A model generated the notes under the pieces. It had not been told where the DNA came from, ran no database searches, and saw only the letters and a list, made by a program, of their open reading frames with translations. The translations under genes and the position numbers were made by a program. A stretch of DNA of 64,000 bases from Thermoanaerobaculia bacterium (lineage in GTDB: Bacteria > Acidobacteriota > Thermoanaerobaculia > Gp7-AA8): contig DATMNC010000011.1 in assembly GCA_035569395.1 (NCBI GenBank), positions 67,560-131,559 of the forward strand. Direction: 5' to 3'. Shown here piece by piece: positions 51,401-61,975 of this stretch. Positions within the stretch are counted from its first letter, which is position 1. Every line of letters begins with the position of its first letter.

Positions 51401-52585
51401 ATGAAACGATGTTTCGTCTCGCTGCTTATTGTCGCAATCGCCTCCGCCGCATTGGCGCAGGAGGAGGAAGGAGCCGGTGCCGCCAAGGGCGCGCAGGTCA
51501 ACACTACCGGCAAGGGCTACAGCGCCGCGTACGTGATCGAGCCGGCCGGCAAACGGGTTCTGTTCGAAGAGAACGCGCACGTTCCGCTGCCGACGGCCTC
51601 GATGGCCAAGATGATGACCTGCATCGTGGCCATGGAGCAGATTCAATCAGGCCAGCTCAAGCTCGACACTCCCGTGACCGTTTCGGCGCGTGCCAGCAAG
51701 ATCGGCGGATCGCAGATCTTCGCGCGCGAAGGGCAGGTCTTTCCGGTCCGGACCTTGCTCGCGGCGATCATGATCCGTTCCGCCAACGACGCGGCGGAGA
51801 TGATGGCGGAAAAGATCGGCGGATCCGCCGAAGCCTTTGCCGATCTGATGAACGACAAGGCCCGCCAGCTCAATCTCAAAGAAACGACCTTCTACGATCC
51901 GCATGGACTTCCGAACAGCCAGGATCCGAAGCGCATCGACGTCTCCAGCGCTCACGATCTCGCCATCATGGGGATTGAGTTGATGAAGTACCCGCTCATG
52001 CGCGAGTATGCGAAGACCCCGTGGATGGCGTTCACGAACGCCACCTACACCTCAGGGCTGACCAATCCGAACCACATGATCAATCCGAAGAGCAGGGACT
52101 ACTACGGCGACGCTACCGGCATCAAGACCGGTTACTCCGCGCCTGCCGGCTATTGCATCACGGCCTCGGCGAAGCGTGTCGACCTGGAGATCGTTGCCGT
52201 GGTCATGGGGGCGCGCGCCGCATCCGGCCCCGAAAGCTCGTTCGAGATCGCAGCCCGGCTGTTCAACGACGCGTTCAATCGCTGGCGCCAATTGACGCCG
52301 CTAAAAAAGGGAACGGTCGCCGGTCAGGTTTCCGTCGCCGATGGACAGACGAAGACCGTCGCCGCCGTCGCCGCCGCGGACGTGAAAACACTTGTGCAAC
52401 GCGGCCAGGAAAGCTCGATCAACGTCCGGTTCATGCCGGGAAACGTGACGGCACCGGTCCGCGCGGGACAACAGGTCGGTTTCATCGTCGTCTATCAGGG
52501 AGCCCAGCAGATCGGCAAGGTGCCTGCCGTCGCCCAGACTGCCGTCGAGAAGCAGCCGTGGTGGAGAAAGTTCTGGCCGTTTTAG
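51401..52585 (+). CDS. D-alanyl-D-alanine carboxypeptidase (PBP5/6 family)
   Basis: Signal peptide is present; SMAKMMT (SxxK), SAND (SxN) and KTG are present. Confidence 0.85.
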   Translation: MKRCFVSLLIVAIASAALAQEEEGAGAAKGAQVNTTGKGYSAAYVIEPAGKRVLFEENAHVPLPTASMAKMMTCIVAMEQIQSGQLKLDTPVTVSARASKIGGSQIFAREGQVFPVRTLLAAIMIRSANDAAEMMAEKIGGSAEAFADLMNDKARQLNLKETTFYDPHGLPNSQDPKRIDVSSAHDLAIMGIELMKYPLMREYAKTPWMAFTNATYTSGLTNPNHMINPKSRDYYGDATGIKTGYSAPAGYCITASAKRVDLEIVAVVMGARAASGPESSFEIAARLFNDAFNRWRQLTPLKKGTVAGQVSVADGQTKTVAAVAAADVKTLVQRGQESSINVRFMPGNVTAPVRAGQQVGFIVVYQGAQQIGKVPAVAQTAVEKQPWWRKFWPF

Positions 52586-52603
52586 TTAGCCGGCGCGCGG
52601 TTG

Positions 52604-53206
52604 CTACTGATCGAATACAACCCGCCGCCCATCGATACGATATCGGCCCTCGGCCAGCTTTCTCAATGCCTCCACGTATGCAAGGTGCTCCTCCGCCAGG
52701 ATGCGTGCACTCAGCGACGCGACGACATCATTGGCGTTCACGGGAACGGCGCGCTGGACGATGATCGGACCAGCGTCGAGATTCTCGTCGACGAAGTGGA
52801 CCGTGCACCCGGAGATTTTCACGCCATAGGCGATGGCCTGCCCTTGGGCGTCGACGCCGGGGAACGCCGGAAGCAGCGATGGGTGGATGTTGACGATCCG
52901 CATCGGATACGTGGCGATGAAGGCCGGCGATAGCAGGCGCATGTAACCGGCGAGCGCGATGAAGTCGGGCCGTGCCTCTTCGAGGATGCGCAGCACCTCC
53001 GCTTCGTGCCCTTCGCGGCTGGTGAAGGCGCGATGATCGACCACATGCGCGGGCAGACCGAGGATGCGGGCCCGCTCGATCCCGGCGGCGTCCGCGCGAT
53101 TCGCGATGACACAGACGATCTCCGCGTCGAGATCTCCGCGGACGATGGCGTCGTGAATAGCGGCGAAGTTCGAGCCGCGGCCGGAGAGAAGGATTGCGAG
53201 GCGCAT
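52604..53206 (-). CDS. purN: phosphoribosylglycinamide formyltransferase
   Basis: MRLAILLSGRGSNFAAI N-terminus and formyltransferase core (NIHPSLLP). Confidence 0.85.
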   Translation of the reverse strand: MRLAILLSGRGSNFAAIHDAIVRGDLDAEIVCVIANRADAAGIERARILGLPAHVVDHRAFTSREGHEAEVLRILEEARPDFIALAGYMRLLSPAFIATYPMRIVNIHPSLLPAFPGVDAQGQAIAYGVKISGCTVHFVDENLDAGPIIVQRAVPVNANDVVASLSARILAEEHLAYVEALRKLAEGRYRIDGRRVVFDQ

Positions 53207-53296
53207 ACAGTGGATTGGTAGATTAGTGGATTCGTAGATCAGGGTTGCTCAATCCGCGACGAATCCACTGTTCGACAGACCGACTAGTCCACTGCC
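53207..53296. repeat. palindromic repeat element, family 2, copy b (fills the purM-purN intercistronic gap)
   Basis: The sequence is acagtggattggtagattagtggattcgtagatcagggttgctcaatccgcgacgaatccactgttcgacagaccgactagtccactgcc, lying exactly between stop 53297 and start 53206. Confidence 0.8.
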
Positions 53297-54361
53297 TTAC
53301 TCGATCCACGAGGCGAATCCCGCCGGCGGCGTGTCGTACATGACCTTCCCGCTGCCCTTCACCACGTTGCCGATAAAATAGAACTTCTGGCCAATCCGGG
53401 CAAAGTGGCTTGCGATCGTGTCGACCTGCTCTTTGCCGGCGATGATGACCATCCCCACGCCCATGTTGAAGACGCGCAGCATCTCGTCGCGGGCGACGTT
53501 TCCATGCTGCGCGAGAAACCTGAAGATCGTCAGCACCGGCCAGGAGCCAAGCTTGACATGCGCATCGAGCGAATCGGGGAGCACGCGCGGAACGTTGTCC
53601 GTCAGTCCGCCGCCGGTGATGTGCGCAAGAGCATGAACGGCGCGCTGCTCGACAAGCGGCAAGAGCGGTTTCAGATACGAGATGTGCGGCGCCAGCAAGG
53701 CCTCACCGATTTTGCCGACCTCCGGGATGATGGTCTTGTGGTCATGCCCGAGCTGGTCGAAAAGAATGCGCCGCGCCAGCGAGTAGCCGTTGGTATGCAG
53801 ACCGGCCGACGGCAGTCCGATGAGGACATCGCCCTCGCGGACTTCTTTTCCGGTCAGCACGTTCTGCTCGTCGACGACCCCGACGATGAAGCCGGCGATG
53901 TCGTAGTCATCGTCGCCGTAAAACCCGGGCATCTCCGCCGTTTCGCCGCCGATCAAGGCACAGCCGTTCTCGCTGCAGGCGCGGGCCATGCCGCGAACCA
54001 CGTCGGTCATCACCGCCGGCCGCAGGCGGCCGGTCGCGTAGTAGTCGAGAAAGAAGAGCGGCCGTGCCCCCTGAACGAGGATGTCGTTCACGCAGTGGCA
54101 AACGAGGTCGTAGCCGACCGTGTCGTGAACCTTCATCGCCTGTGCGACGCGGAGCTTGGTGCCAACGCCGTCGGTTGAAGAGACGAGAATCGGCTTCTCA
54201 ACCCCTTCGAATGACGCGCGGAACAGGCCGCCAAACGAGCCGATGTCGGAGATCACCGGCGGGGTAAACGTACCGCGCGCGATGCGCCTTACCTCACGCA
54301 ACGCTTCATCCTGCGCGTCGATGTTGACGCCGGCGTCGCGGTAGGAGGAGTTGTTGGTCAC
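53297..54361 (-). CDS. purM: phosphoribosylformylglycinamidine cyclo-ligase
   Basis: AIR synthase N/C domains are present: DAGVNID start, GVGTKL, HITGGG. Confidence 0.9.
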   Translation of the reverse strand: MTNNSSYRDAGVNIDAQDEALREVRRIARGTFTPPVISDIGSFGGLFRASFEGVEKPILVSSTDGVGTKLRVAQAMKVHDTVGYDLVCHCVNDILVQGARPLFFLDYYATGRLRPAVMTDVVRGMARACSENGCALIGGETAEMPGFYGDDDYDIAGFIVGVVDEQNVLTGKEVREGDVLIGLPSAGLHTNGYSLARRILFDQLGHDHKTIIPEVGKIGEALLAPHISYLKPLLPLVEQRAVHALAHITGGGLTDNVPRVLPDSLDAHVKLGSWPVLTIFRFLAQHGNVARDEMLRVFNMGVGMVIIAGKEQVDTIASHFARIGQKFYFIGNVVKGSGKVMYDTPPAGFASWIE

Positions 54362-54377
54362 AGGGCGAGTGTATCAG

Positions 54378-54550
54378 CGCGGTTACGCGGTTGCGCGGTT
54401 ACGCGGTCTCGCGGTTGCCAAGTAGCCCCAATTGCCGAACATTGAACGCTTGGATGCAGTGTCGCGACTGCTGGGAGGTTCCAGGTTATGGTTGCGTTGA
54501 CGCATTCCACCGCGAGACCCCGCAACCGCGAGACCCCGCCGCAACCGCAA
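54378..54550. repeat. palindromic repeat element, family 1, copy e
   Basis: The arms are gcgcggttacgcggttgcgcggttacgcggtctcgcggttgcc ... ccaccgcgagaccccgcaaccgcgagaccccgccgcaaccgcaagacc. Confidence 0.8.
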
Positions 54551-54568
54551 GACCTATAATCCCCTCCC

Positions 54569-55021
54569 TTGGCCCAGTTCCTACTCATCACCACGCTGCT
54601 ATCGATCGCCGGTCTCATTGCCACAGGTGTCGTCGGGTTCACCGCCTCGCCGGGTCATGTCGCGCAACACATTTTCTGCGCGCTCGGGACGGTGATCCTT
54701 GGGCTCTTCTCCCAGTCGATGACGATGTTTTTCTTCATCGGCACCGGGAAGGAGATCAAGGACGCCGCCAAGAGCGATGAAGCGGTCGTCCAGCGGACGA
54801 AGGCGTTCAAGATGAAAGTCTTTCCGACGGCGATGTATGCGATGGCCGTACTGATGGTGACGTTCATCATGGGCGGCGGAGTAGCCTCGGGGAAAACACC
54901 GCACTGGCTTCACCTCGGCCTTTTCATCACATCGTTGGCGATGTACTGCCGCGCCTACTGGGTTCAGCTGCAGGCGATGGTCGAGAATGCCGCGTTGATG
55001 GAGAAGTACTTGCGGGAGTGA
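54569..55021 (+). CDS. hypothetical 4-TM membrane protein
   Basis: TTG start per ORF track, 8 nt after a TATAAT hexamer at 54556-54561. Four hydrophobic helices. Start uncertain. Confidence 0.4.
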   Translation: MAQFLLITTLLSIAGLIATGVVGFTASPGHVAQHIFCALGTVILGLFSQSMTMFFFIGTGKEIKDAAKSDEAVVQRTKAFKMKVFPTAMYAMAVLMVTFIMGGGVASGKTPHWLHLGLFITSLAMYCRAYWVQLQAMVENAALMEKYLRE

Positions 55022-55024
55022 CCG

Positions 55025-56665
55025 TTACGCGACCGCATTGCGCACCCTCGCCAAGGCCGGGAGCGAGACGGTGATGGCCGTGCCCGCGCCTTCGTGCGAG
55101 CTCACTTCAATGCGGCCCCCGTGCTCCTGCACGATGCGGAAGGAGATGGCCATGCCCAGCCCCGTGCCGCTGGGGAAGTTCGTCCGAAACGGTTGAAAGA
55201 GGCGGCGCTGGTCGGCCTCGGTCATGCCGCGGCCGTTGTCGCTGAAGACGATGTTGTAGCGGTCGGCGATCACGAAGGTCGTTACGCGGAGCGTGCCGCC
55301 GTCAGGCATGGCCTGCACGGCGTTGCGGGCGATGTTCCAGAAAACCTGGCGGATCTGATCGGCGTCGCCGACGATGATGTACGCCGGCGGAACGATCTCC
55401 CCCTCGATCGTGTGACCGGCCCCCAGCTCAGGCGAATTCCGGAGCAGTTCGAGCGTTTCGGCCAGACTGGCGGCGATGTCGAACTCCGCGGGCCGTTTTT
55501 CCTGCGGTTTCACGAAGCGGAGAAAGTCGGCGATCGATTTGTTCAGCCGCTCCGACTCCTTGAGGATGATCGACATCAGCCGCTGTTCCTGCGGATTGAG
55601 CGCGGCCGACTTTTTCAGCACCTGCACCGAGCCGGCGATGGCCGCGAGTGGGTTGCGGATCTCATGAGCGATTCCGGCCGATAGCTCGCCGACGGCAGCC
55701 ATGCGATCTTTCAGCCGCAACTCCGCCTCGAGCGTCTTCATGTCGGTGAGATCCTGAAAGATGAGTGTGTAGCCCGACGAGAGCCCTTCGATGGAGTTGA
55801 GCGGAGTGACCGCAAAGCCGATCGTGCGCAGCTCATCGCCGATCTGGACGTCCTGTTTCTCATTGCGAACGACCGTGCCGACCGTAAGCGTCTCTCGCGC
55901 ATGCTCCCATTCGTTCTCGGCATAGAAACCGAGCTGCGCGACCGGTCTGCCGATCACCGATTGCGGATCACGGCGGAGGATGAGACATCCGGCAGGATTG
56001 ACGAACGTGGCCACCCCATCCGGAGAGAGTGTAATCAGCCCGGATGGGATCGACTGGACGACGTTCTGATTCAGCGCGCGCAGCTCCGCCAGGTTCTGCC
56101 GGTTTGCGTCCAGCTCCTGCGAGGTTTTCTGCAATTTTTCCGAGAGGTAGGACGTGAGAAACGCCGCCGCATAGAAGCCGGCGAAGTTTGTGGCCATATT
56201 CAGATAGAGCCGCGACGAGGTCCACGGTGTCGGAACGAACCATGAATGCTCGGGCAGTGGAAGAACGCCGTAGTACATCAGATCGCCGAGGGCGCCGTAG
56301 AGGATGACCGCTCCGCTGGCGCCGAGCAGACCGCCGCGGCGATAGAGCAGCATCGAAGCCGTGATGATCGAGACTAGATAAAGGAACGAGAACGGGGAGT
56401 CGAGGCCGCCGGTGAAGTAGACGAGAAACGTCTCGACGACGAGATCCCCCGCGACCTGCACGGCCAGATTGATCTTGCGCGAGGTTACGATCTGGGCAAC
56501 GCCGATGTACAGCAGGGTGAGTCCGTAGGTGATGGCTGCCGTCGTATAGAGGTAGTTGATCGGCAACACCTCTCGGACGGTGTATTGAATGATGAGTGCC
56601 GCCAGAACCAGCGTCGTCACGACGACGACGCGAACGGCCATGAGCATGCGGGCGTCGGTGGGCAT
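55025..56665 (-). CDS. sensor histidine kinase (multi-TM sensor + PAS + HisKA + HATPase_c)
   Basis: H-box SAGIAHEIRNPL, N-box and G-boxes DNGRGM, GTGLGMAI are present. Confidence 0.85.
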   Translation of the reverse strand: MPTDARMLMAVRVVVVTTLVLAALIIQYTVREVLPINYLYTTAAITYGLTLLYIGVAQIVTSRKINLAVQVAGDLVVETFLVYFTGGLDSPFSFLYLVSIITASMLLYRRGGLLGASGAVILYGALGDLMYYGVLPLPEHSWFVPTPWTSSRLYLNMATNFAGFYAAAFLTSYLSEKLQKTSQELDANRQNLAELRALNQNVVQSIPSGLITLSPDGVATFVNPAGCLILRRDPQSVIGRPVAQLGFYAENEWEHARETLTVGTVVRNEKQDVQIGDELRTIGFAVTPLNSIEGLSSGYTLIFQDLTDMKTLEAELRLKDRMAAVGELSAGIAHEIRNPLAAIAGSVQVLKKSAALNPQEQRLMSIILKESERLNKSIADFLRFVKPQEKRPAEFDIAASLAETLELLRNSPELGAGHTIEGEIVPPAYIIVGDADQIRQVFWNIARNAVQAMPDGGTLRVTTFVIADRYNIVFSDNGRGMTEADQRRLFQPFRTNFPSGTGLGMAISFRIVQEHGGRIEVSSHEGAGTAITVSLPALARVRNAVA

Positions 56666-56738
56666 TTGTTGGCTGTCAGGATAAAACGAAAGGGCGACGC
56701 TTTCGCGCCGCCCAGAAAGCCGAATCGGAGAGTCCGAC

Positions 56739-57941
56739 CTACCCGATCTGTCCGATCAGTGTGAACATCGGCATGTACATGGCGATGACGATGCCGCCGA
56801 TGGCGACGCCGAGAAATGCGATCAGGACCGGCTCGAGAAGCTTCATTAGGCCGGCTACGGCGGTGTCCACTTCATCTTCGTAGAAATCGGCGATCTTCGA
56901 CAACATCGTGTCGAGTGCGCCGGTCTGCTCGCCGACGGCGATCATCTGCACGACCATCGACGGAAAAACGTCGGTATCGGCGAGAGGCTCGCTGATGGTT
57001 TTTCCTTCTTCGACCGACTTCCGCGTGGCCATGATGGCGTCTTCGATGACTGCGTTGCCGGCCGTGCGCGCCGTGATCTGCAGGCCGTCGAGGATCGGAA
57101 CACCGGAGGAGGTGAGTGTGGCGAGCGTGCGGCAGAAACGGGCCACGGCGATCTTGCGCATCAGCAATCCGAGAATGGGCATCTTCAGAATGATGCCGTC
57201 CAGAACGCGTTTGCCTTTGTAGGTCTCATGGTAGCGGCGTAGCGAATAAATGGTGCCGAAGAGGATGATGCCGATGAGCCACCAGTAGTCGGCGATGAAG
57301 TTCGAAAGCCCGATGACGATCAGCGTCGGCATCGGAAGCGTGGCGCCCAGGCCCTTGAAGAGAGCCGCGAAAACAGGGATGACCTTCCAGAGGATGACCG
57401 CCACGACGATGCAGGCGATGGAGATGACGGCGACCGGATAGATCATCGCCGACTTCACCTGGCTGTTCAGTTTTACCGATTTCTCGATGTACTGCGCCAA
57501 GCGCTGCAGGATCGTGTCGAGGATGCCGCCCGCTTCGCCGGCGGCCACCATGTTGGTGAAGAGGTCGTTGAAAATCTTGGGATGCTTTCGCATCGAGTCG
57601 GCGAGATTGGAGCCGGATTCAACATCCTGCCGGATCTGGATCAGCGCGCGCTTGAATGTCTTGTTCTCCTGTTGCCCGGCCAGGATCTCCAGGCACTGTA
57701 CGAGTGGCAGGCCGGCATCGATCATGACGGAGAACTGCCGCGTGAAGATGGCGACGAGCTGAGGCGGAACACCGCCCCCGAACTTCGGAAACGCGATTTC
57801 CTTCCCCTTCTCCTTGATCGAGGGGGCTTCGATGCGCTGCCGGCGAAGGATCTCCGTGGCCGCTTCTTTCGAATCGGCGTTGAGAACGCCGCTCTGCATC
57901 TGTCCGGCGCGCGACCCTTTCCATTCGAATGTAGGCATCAT
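56739..57941 (-). CDS. pilC: type IV pilus assembly platform protein PilC (GspF family)
   Basis: Two T2SSF repeats are present (…VAAGEAGGILDT…, …IAVGEQTGALD…). Confidence 0.85.
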   Translation of the reverse strand: MMPTFEWKGSRAGQMQSGVLNADSKEAATEILRRQRIEAPSIKEKGKEIAFPKFGGGVPPQLVAIFTRQFSVMIDAGLPLVQCLEILAGQQENKTFKRALIQIRQDVESGSNLADSMRKHPKIFNDLFTNMVAAGEAGGILDTILQRLAQYIEKSVKLNSQVKSAMIYPVAVISIACIVVAVILWKVIPVFAALFKGLGATLPMPTLIVIGLSNFIADYWWLIGIILFGTIYSLRRYHETYKGKRVLDGIILKMPILGLLMRKIAVARFCRTLATLTSSGVPILDGLQITARTAGNAVIEDAIMATRKSVEEGKTISEPLADTDVFPSMVVQMIAVGEQTGALDTMLSKIADFYEDEVDTAVAGLMKLLEPVLIAFLGVAIGGIVIAMYMPMFTLIGQIG

Positions 57942-57964
57942 CTCCTCCGGTTAACGTCCCACCA

Positions 57965-59092
57965 TCACACGGTGCGGGGCCGGGCGCCGGTCGGCGCCGC
58001 GGTTCCCTGCGGCGCGAGGGTTCCAGCGCCGCGCGAAATCATTTCCTGAAGCTCGTCGGGGTTCGAAGAACGGGCCAGCGCGGTCTGCAGAGTGATGTGC
58101 TTCTTGAAGTACAACGTCGCCAACGACTGGTTGAAAGTCTGCATTCCGTACTTGGTCTGGCCGGTCTGCATCATCGAGTAGATCTGATGGACCTTGTCCT
58201 CGCGGATGAGATTGCGGATGGCGGCATTGGGTACGAGGATCTCCATGGCCATCGCCCGCCCCTTTCCATTTGCACGCGGCAGGAGTGACTGGCAGAGGAT
58301 TCCTTCGAGCACGAACGACAGCTGGGCGCGGATCTGCGGCTGCTGATGCGACGGAAAAACGTCGACGATACGGTTGATCGTCTGTGCCGCGGAGTTGGTA
58401 TGCAGCGTGCCGAACGTCAGATGGCCGGTCTCGGCAATGCGCAACGCGGACTCGATGGTCTCGAGATCGCGCATCTCGCCGATGAGCACGACGTCCGGAT
58501 CCTGGCGCAGCGCGGACTTCAGTGAGTTGGCGAACGAATGTGTATCCGCGTGAAGCTCGCGCTGGTTGACGATACAGCTCTTATGCGCGTGCAGAAACTC
58601 GACCGGATCTTCGATGGTGATGATGTGCTCGTGACGCTCCCGGTTGATCTTGTCGATCATCGCGGCCAGCGTCGTCGACTTGCCCGAGCCGGTGGGGCCG
58701 GTAACGAGCACGAGACCTCGGGGCTTGTTGCAGATCTCCTCGACCACCGTCGGGAGACCGAGCTCCCGAAATCCGAGGATCTCGTAAGGGATCTGGCGAT
58801 AGACGGCAGCCGTGGCGCCGCGTTGGTTGAAGATGTTGGCGCGGAAACGGGCCAGGCCCTTGATGCCGAATGAGAGATCGAGCTCGAGGTTTTCCTCAAA
58901 GCGGTGCTTCTGCGCGTCGGTCAGCACCGAGTAGGCAAGCTGTTTCGTCTCCGGAGCCATCAGAGGTGGCATATCCAGCGGCGTTAACTTGCCGTCGATC
59001 CGAATCTGCGGGGCCGAGTTGGTGGTGATGTGCAGATCCGAGCCACCGCGCTCGACCATCGTCTTGAGAAGTTGATGAAGGGTGACGGACAT
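57965..59092 (-). CDS. pilT: twitching motility ATPase PilT
   Basis: LHQLLKTMVERGGSDLHIT, Walker A GPTGSGKST, the AIRNLIRE motif, and typical PilT length. Confidence 0.85.
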   Translation of the reverse strand: MSVTLHQLLKTMVERGGSDLHITTNSAPQIRIDGKLTPLDMPPLMAPETKQLAYSVLTDAQKHRFEENLELDLSFGIKGLARFRANIFNQRGATAAVYRQIPYEILGFRELGLPTVVEEICNKPRGLVLVTGPTGSGKSTTLAAMIDKINRERHEHIITIEDPVEFLHAHKSCIVNQRELHADTHSFANSLKSALRQDPDVVLIGEMRDLETIESALRIAETGHLTFGTLHTNSAAQTINRIVDVFPSHQQPQIRAQLSFVLEGILCQSLLPRANGKGRAMAMEILVPNAAIRNLIREDKVHQIYSMMQTGQTKYGMQTFNQSLATLYFKKHITLQTALARSSNPDELQEMISRGAGTLAPQGTAAPTGARPRTV

Positions 59093-59099
59093 TGTCTCT

Positions 59100-59193
59100 C
59101 CGTAGTCGATCAGTAGGTTAGTGGATTAGTAGATTGGAGAGGCGGTTGGATTCGTTCTCCGAAGCTCTTCCCACGAATCTCTGATCCACTGCC
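59100..59193. repeat. palindromic repeat element, family 2, copy c (fills the pilB-pilT intercistronic gap)
   Basis: The sequence is ccgtagtcgatcagtaggttagtggattagtagattggagaggcggttggattcgttctccgaagctcttcccacgaatctctgatccactgcc. Confidence 0.8.
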
Positions 59194-60909
59194 TCACAGT
59201 ATCGTCTCCCGTACGACCTCCTCGATCGTCGTGGTGCCGTCTTTGATCTTAATCAGTCCCGAACGGCGGAGGCTGATCATGCCGGTTTCGGCGGCCCGTT
59301 TCTTGATGTCGATGGCCGTCCCGCCGGAGAGGATGAGATCGCGGATCGTGTCGTCGATGGCCATGACTTCGATTAATGCGACGCGGCCTTTGTAACCGGT
59401 GTTGTTGCACTTGTCGCATCCCCGGCCTTTGTAGACGGTGAACGTGCCGATCTCCTCCTTCTTGTAGCCGATGTTGAGGAGCGCCGGCGCCGCCATCTCC
59501 ACCGCCTCCTTGCAGTTCGAGCAGACCCGGCGAGCAAGCCGCTGCGCCGCGATGAGCTGCACCGACGTTGCCACGAGGAACGGTTCGATGCCCATGTTCA
59601 TGAGCCGGTTGATCGTCGAAGGGGCATCGTTGGTATGCAACGTCGAGAGCACGAGGTGTCCGGTGAGGGCCGCTTTGATGGCGATCTCCGCGGTTTCGAA
59701 GTCGCGGATCTCGCCGACGAGGATGATGTTGGGGTCCTGCCGCAGGAAGGATCGAAGAGTAGCGGCGAAGTTGAGGCCGATCGACTCCTTCATCTGCACC
59801 TGATTGATGCCCGGCAGGTTGAACTCGACAGGGTCCTCGGCGGTCATGATGTTCACTTCCGGCGAATTGACCTTCGAAAGCGCCGAATAGAGCGTGTTTG
59901 TTTTTCCGGAACCGGTCGGGCCGGTGACGAGCACCATTCCCCATGGCTTGAAGATAGCTTCTTCGAAACGAACCAGCGACTCGGGCTCGAAGCCGAGCTT
60001 GGTCATATCCAGCTTCAGGTTGTCCTTGTCGAGAAGGCGCATGACGATCTTCTCGCCGAAGAGGGTCGGCAGGACCGAGACCCGGAAGTCGAGCTCTTTG
60101 TTCCGGTCGTTCAGCCTCATCTTCAGCTTGATGCGGCCGTCCTGCGGCAGGCGCTTCTCGGAGATATCGAGCTTCGCCAGGATCTTCATGCGCGAGGTGA
60201 TCGCATCCTTCAGTTTCAGCGGCGGGTTCATGATCTCGTACAGCGTCCCGTCGATACGGAAGCGGACCCGAAACTCTTTCTCGTACGGCTCGATGTGAAT
60301 GTCGGATGCCCCGCGCTTGATGGCGTCGCTCAGGATCAGGTTCACCAGCTTGACCACCGGCGCTTCCTCCGCCGAGTCGGCCAGGGCGGCGAGGTCAAAC
60401 TCCTCCTCCTCTTCCAGGACCTCCAGGTCGGCGTTTTCCGACTGTTGGAGGTCTTCCATGACCTTCTTGAGCTCTAGCGACGAGGTCGTTCCGTAGTAGT
60501 TGTCGATGGCGGCCTTGATCCCCAGCTCCGAGGCCACTACCGGCTCGACGTTGTAGCCGGTCATGAACTTGATGTCGTCCATGGCGAAGACATTCGTCGG
60601 ATCGGCCATGGCGATGGTGATCGTGGCGCCGGTCTTGTTGACCGGGAGGATGTTGTATTTGCGGGCAACGTCCGCCGGGATCAGTTTGATCACCGATGGG
60701 TCGATCTCGAAGTGGGCCAGATTGATCGACGGAACGCCGAACTGCTGCGAGAGGCACTCGGTGATGTCCTCCTCGGCGACAAAGCCGAGCTTGATCAGCG
60801 TCTCCCCGAGCTTCCCGCCGGTTTCCTTCTGGAGCTTGAGTGCTTCCTTGAGCTGATCAGGGCTGATCAGGCTCGCTTTCGTCAGGAGTTCGCCGAGGCG
60901 TACGCTCAT
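59194..60909 (-). CDS. pilB: type IV pilus assembly ATPase PilB (GspE family)
   Basis: N-terminal T2SSE_N, Walker A GPTGSGKT, a tetracysteine motif CSNCK...CDKC, and typical length. Confidence 0.85.
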   Translation of the reverse strand: MSVRLGELLTKASLISPDQLKEALKLQKETGGKLGETLIKLGFVAEEDITECLSQQFGVPSINLAHFEIDPSVIKLIPADVARKYNILPVNKTGATITIAMADPTNVFAMDDIKFMTGYNVEPVVASELGIKAAIDNYYGTTSSLELKKVMEDLQQSENADLEVLEEEEEFDLAALADSAEEAPVVKLVNLILSDAIKRGASDIHIEPYEKEFRVRFRIDGTLYEIMNPPLKLKDAITSRMKILAKLDISEKRLPQDGRIKLKMRLNDRNKELDFRVSVLPTLFGEKIVMRLLDKDNLKLDMTKLGFEPESLVRFEEAIFKPWGMVLVTGPTGSGKTNTLYSALSKVNSPEVNIMTAEDPVEFNLPGINQVQMKESIGLNFAATLRSFLRQDPNIILVGEIRDFETAEIAIKAALTGHLVLSTLHTNDAPSTINRLMNMGIEPFLVATSVQLIAAQRLARRVCSNCKEAVEMAAPALLNIGYKKEEIGTFTVYKGRGCDKCNNTGYKGRVALIEVMAIDDTIRDLILSGGTAIDIKKRAAETGMISLRRSGLIKIKDGTTTIEEVVRETIL

Positions 60910-61051
60910 AGGTTTCGGTAAGGGTTTCGGTAAGGGTTCGAGTCAGTTGATGCGGGCGTGTGAGAGGCCTCGCGCCGCGGTCGTCGTAAATCGTGAGACA
61001 TGAGGGATTTTGGCGTCGATCGTCGAGTGTACAGCCCCGCGTTCCTCAGCG

Positions 61052-61975
61052 TCAACGCGGGTTTATTTTGAGTACCATCCGCATGACTTCGTCGACCGCG
61101 ATCTCCTGCATCGACTTTGCCGTCGAGAACGACTCGACGACATGATCGAGCTGACCGTATGGCCCGTTCCGGGCGGGATTCGTCGGACCGTAGATGCCGA
61201 TGACGGGCGTGCCGAGCGCTGCCGCCAGGTGCAGGGGTCCTGTGTCGGCGCCAACGACGAGCCGGGCTCGTCCAATGAGCGAGGCCAGCTCGCGAACGTT
61301 TGTTGCCGGCGCAATCGGGGCGCCGATCGCGCGTGCAAGCGATTCTTCACCCGGTCCCCAGGCGACGAGAGCGTCGCTCCCGATGCGGCGAGCCAGCTCG
61401 GCAAAGCGCTCGATCGGCCACTGCTTTTCCTGCTTCCCTGCTCCAGGCAGCAGAACGACGCGGTTGTCGAATCCATCGAGTTTGCCTGAGGGATCGGCGG
61501 CGAATGGAGCGAAGTCGACCTTCGGCACACCGGTGATCGAGGGTGCGAAGGCGCGTGCCAGGCCGACGTTCCACTCGACGACGTGACTCGATCGATCGAT
61601 CGCCACCGGGCGGTTGACGAACCATGCCGCCGGTTTCTCCCGGATGACATCGCGTGCGAAACCAAAGCGTTCGGCGGCCCCGCTGGCGCGCGCGATCAAC
61701 GACGATTTGATGAGCCCCTGGAAGTCGATCGTTGCCGCGAAGCCGCGCACGTCCTTCCGCGCCGCCGCGATCCGTGAGAATGACCAATGCTTGAGGGCCA
61801 CGCGGATCGTCCTGACCTTCGCCACCATCTCGACCAGCTCGGCATACGCCGGTTCGACGGCCCACGCGATCTCGGTCCCTGGGAGCGCGTCGCGTAAGGC
61901 CGCGACAGCGGGGATCGTGTGGATTACGTCGCCGAAGGCAGAGAGACGAATGATGAGCAGAGATTCATGCTTCAT
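61052..61975 (-). CDS. glycosyltransferase family 9 (LPS heptosyltransferase-like)
   Basis: LLIIRLSAFGDVIHTIPA N-terminus and GADTGPLHLAAALGTPVIGIYGPT C-terminus are GT9 hallmarks. Confidence 0.8.
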   Translation of the reverse strand: MKHESLLIIRLSAFGDVIHTIPAVAALRDALPGTEIAWAVEPAYAELVEMVAKVRTIRVALKHWSFSRIAAARKDVRGFAATIDFQGLIKSSLIARASGAAERFGFARDVIREKPAAWFVNRPVAIDRSSHVVEWNVGLARAFAPSITGVPKVDFAPFAADPSGKLDGFDNRVVLLPGAGKQEKQWPIERFAELARRIGSDALVAWGPGEESLARAIGAPIAPATNVRELASLIGRARLVVGADTGPLHLAAALGTPVIGIYGPTNPARNGPYGQLDHVVESFSTAKSMQEIAVDEVMRMVLKINPR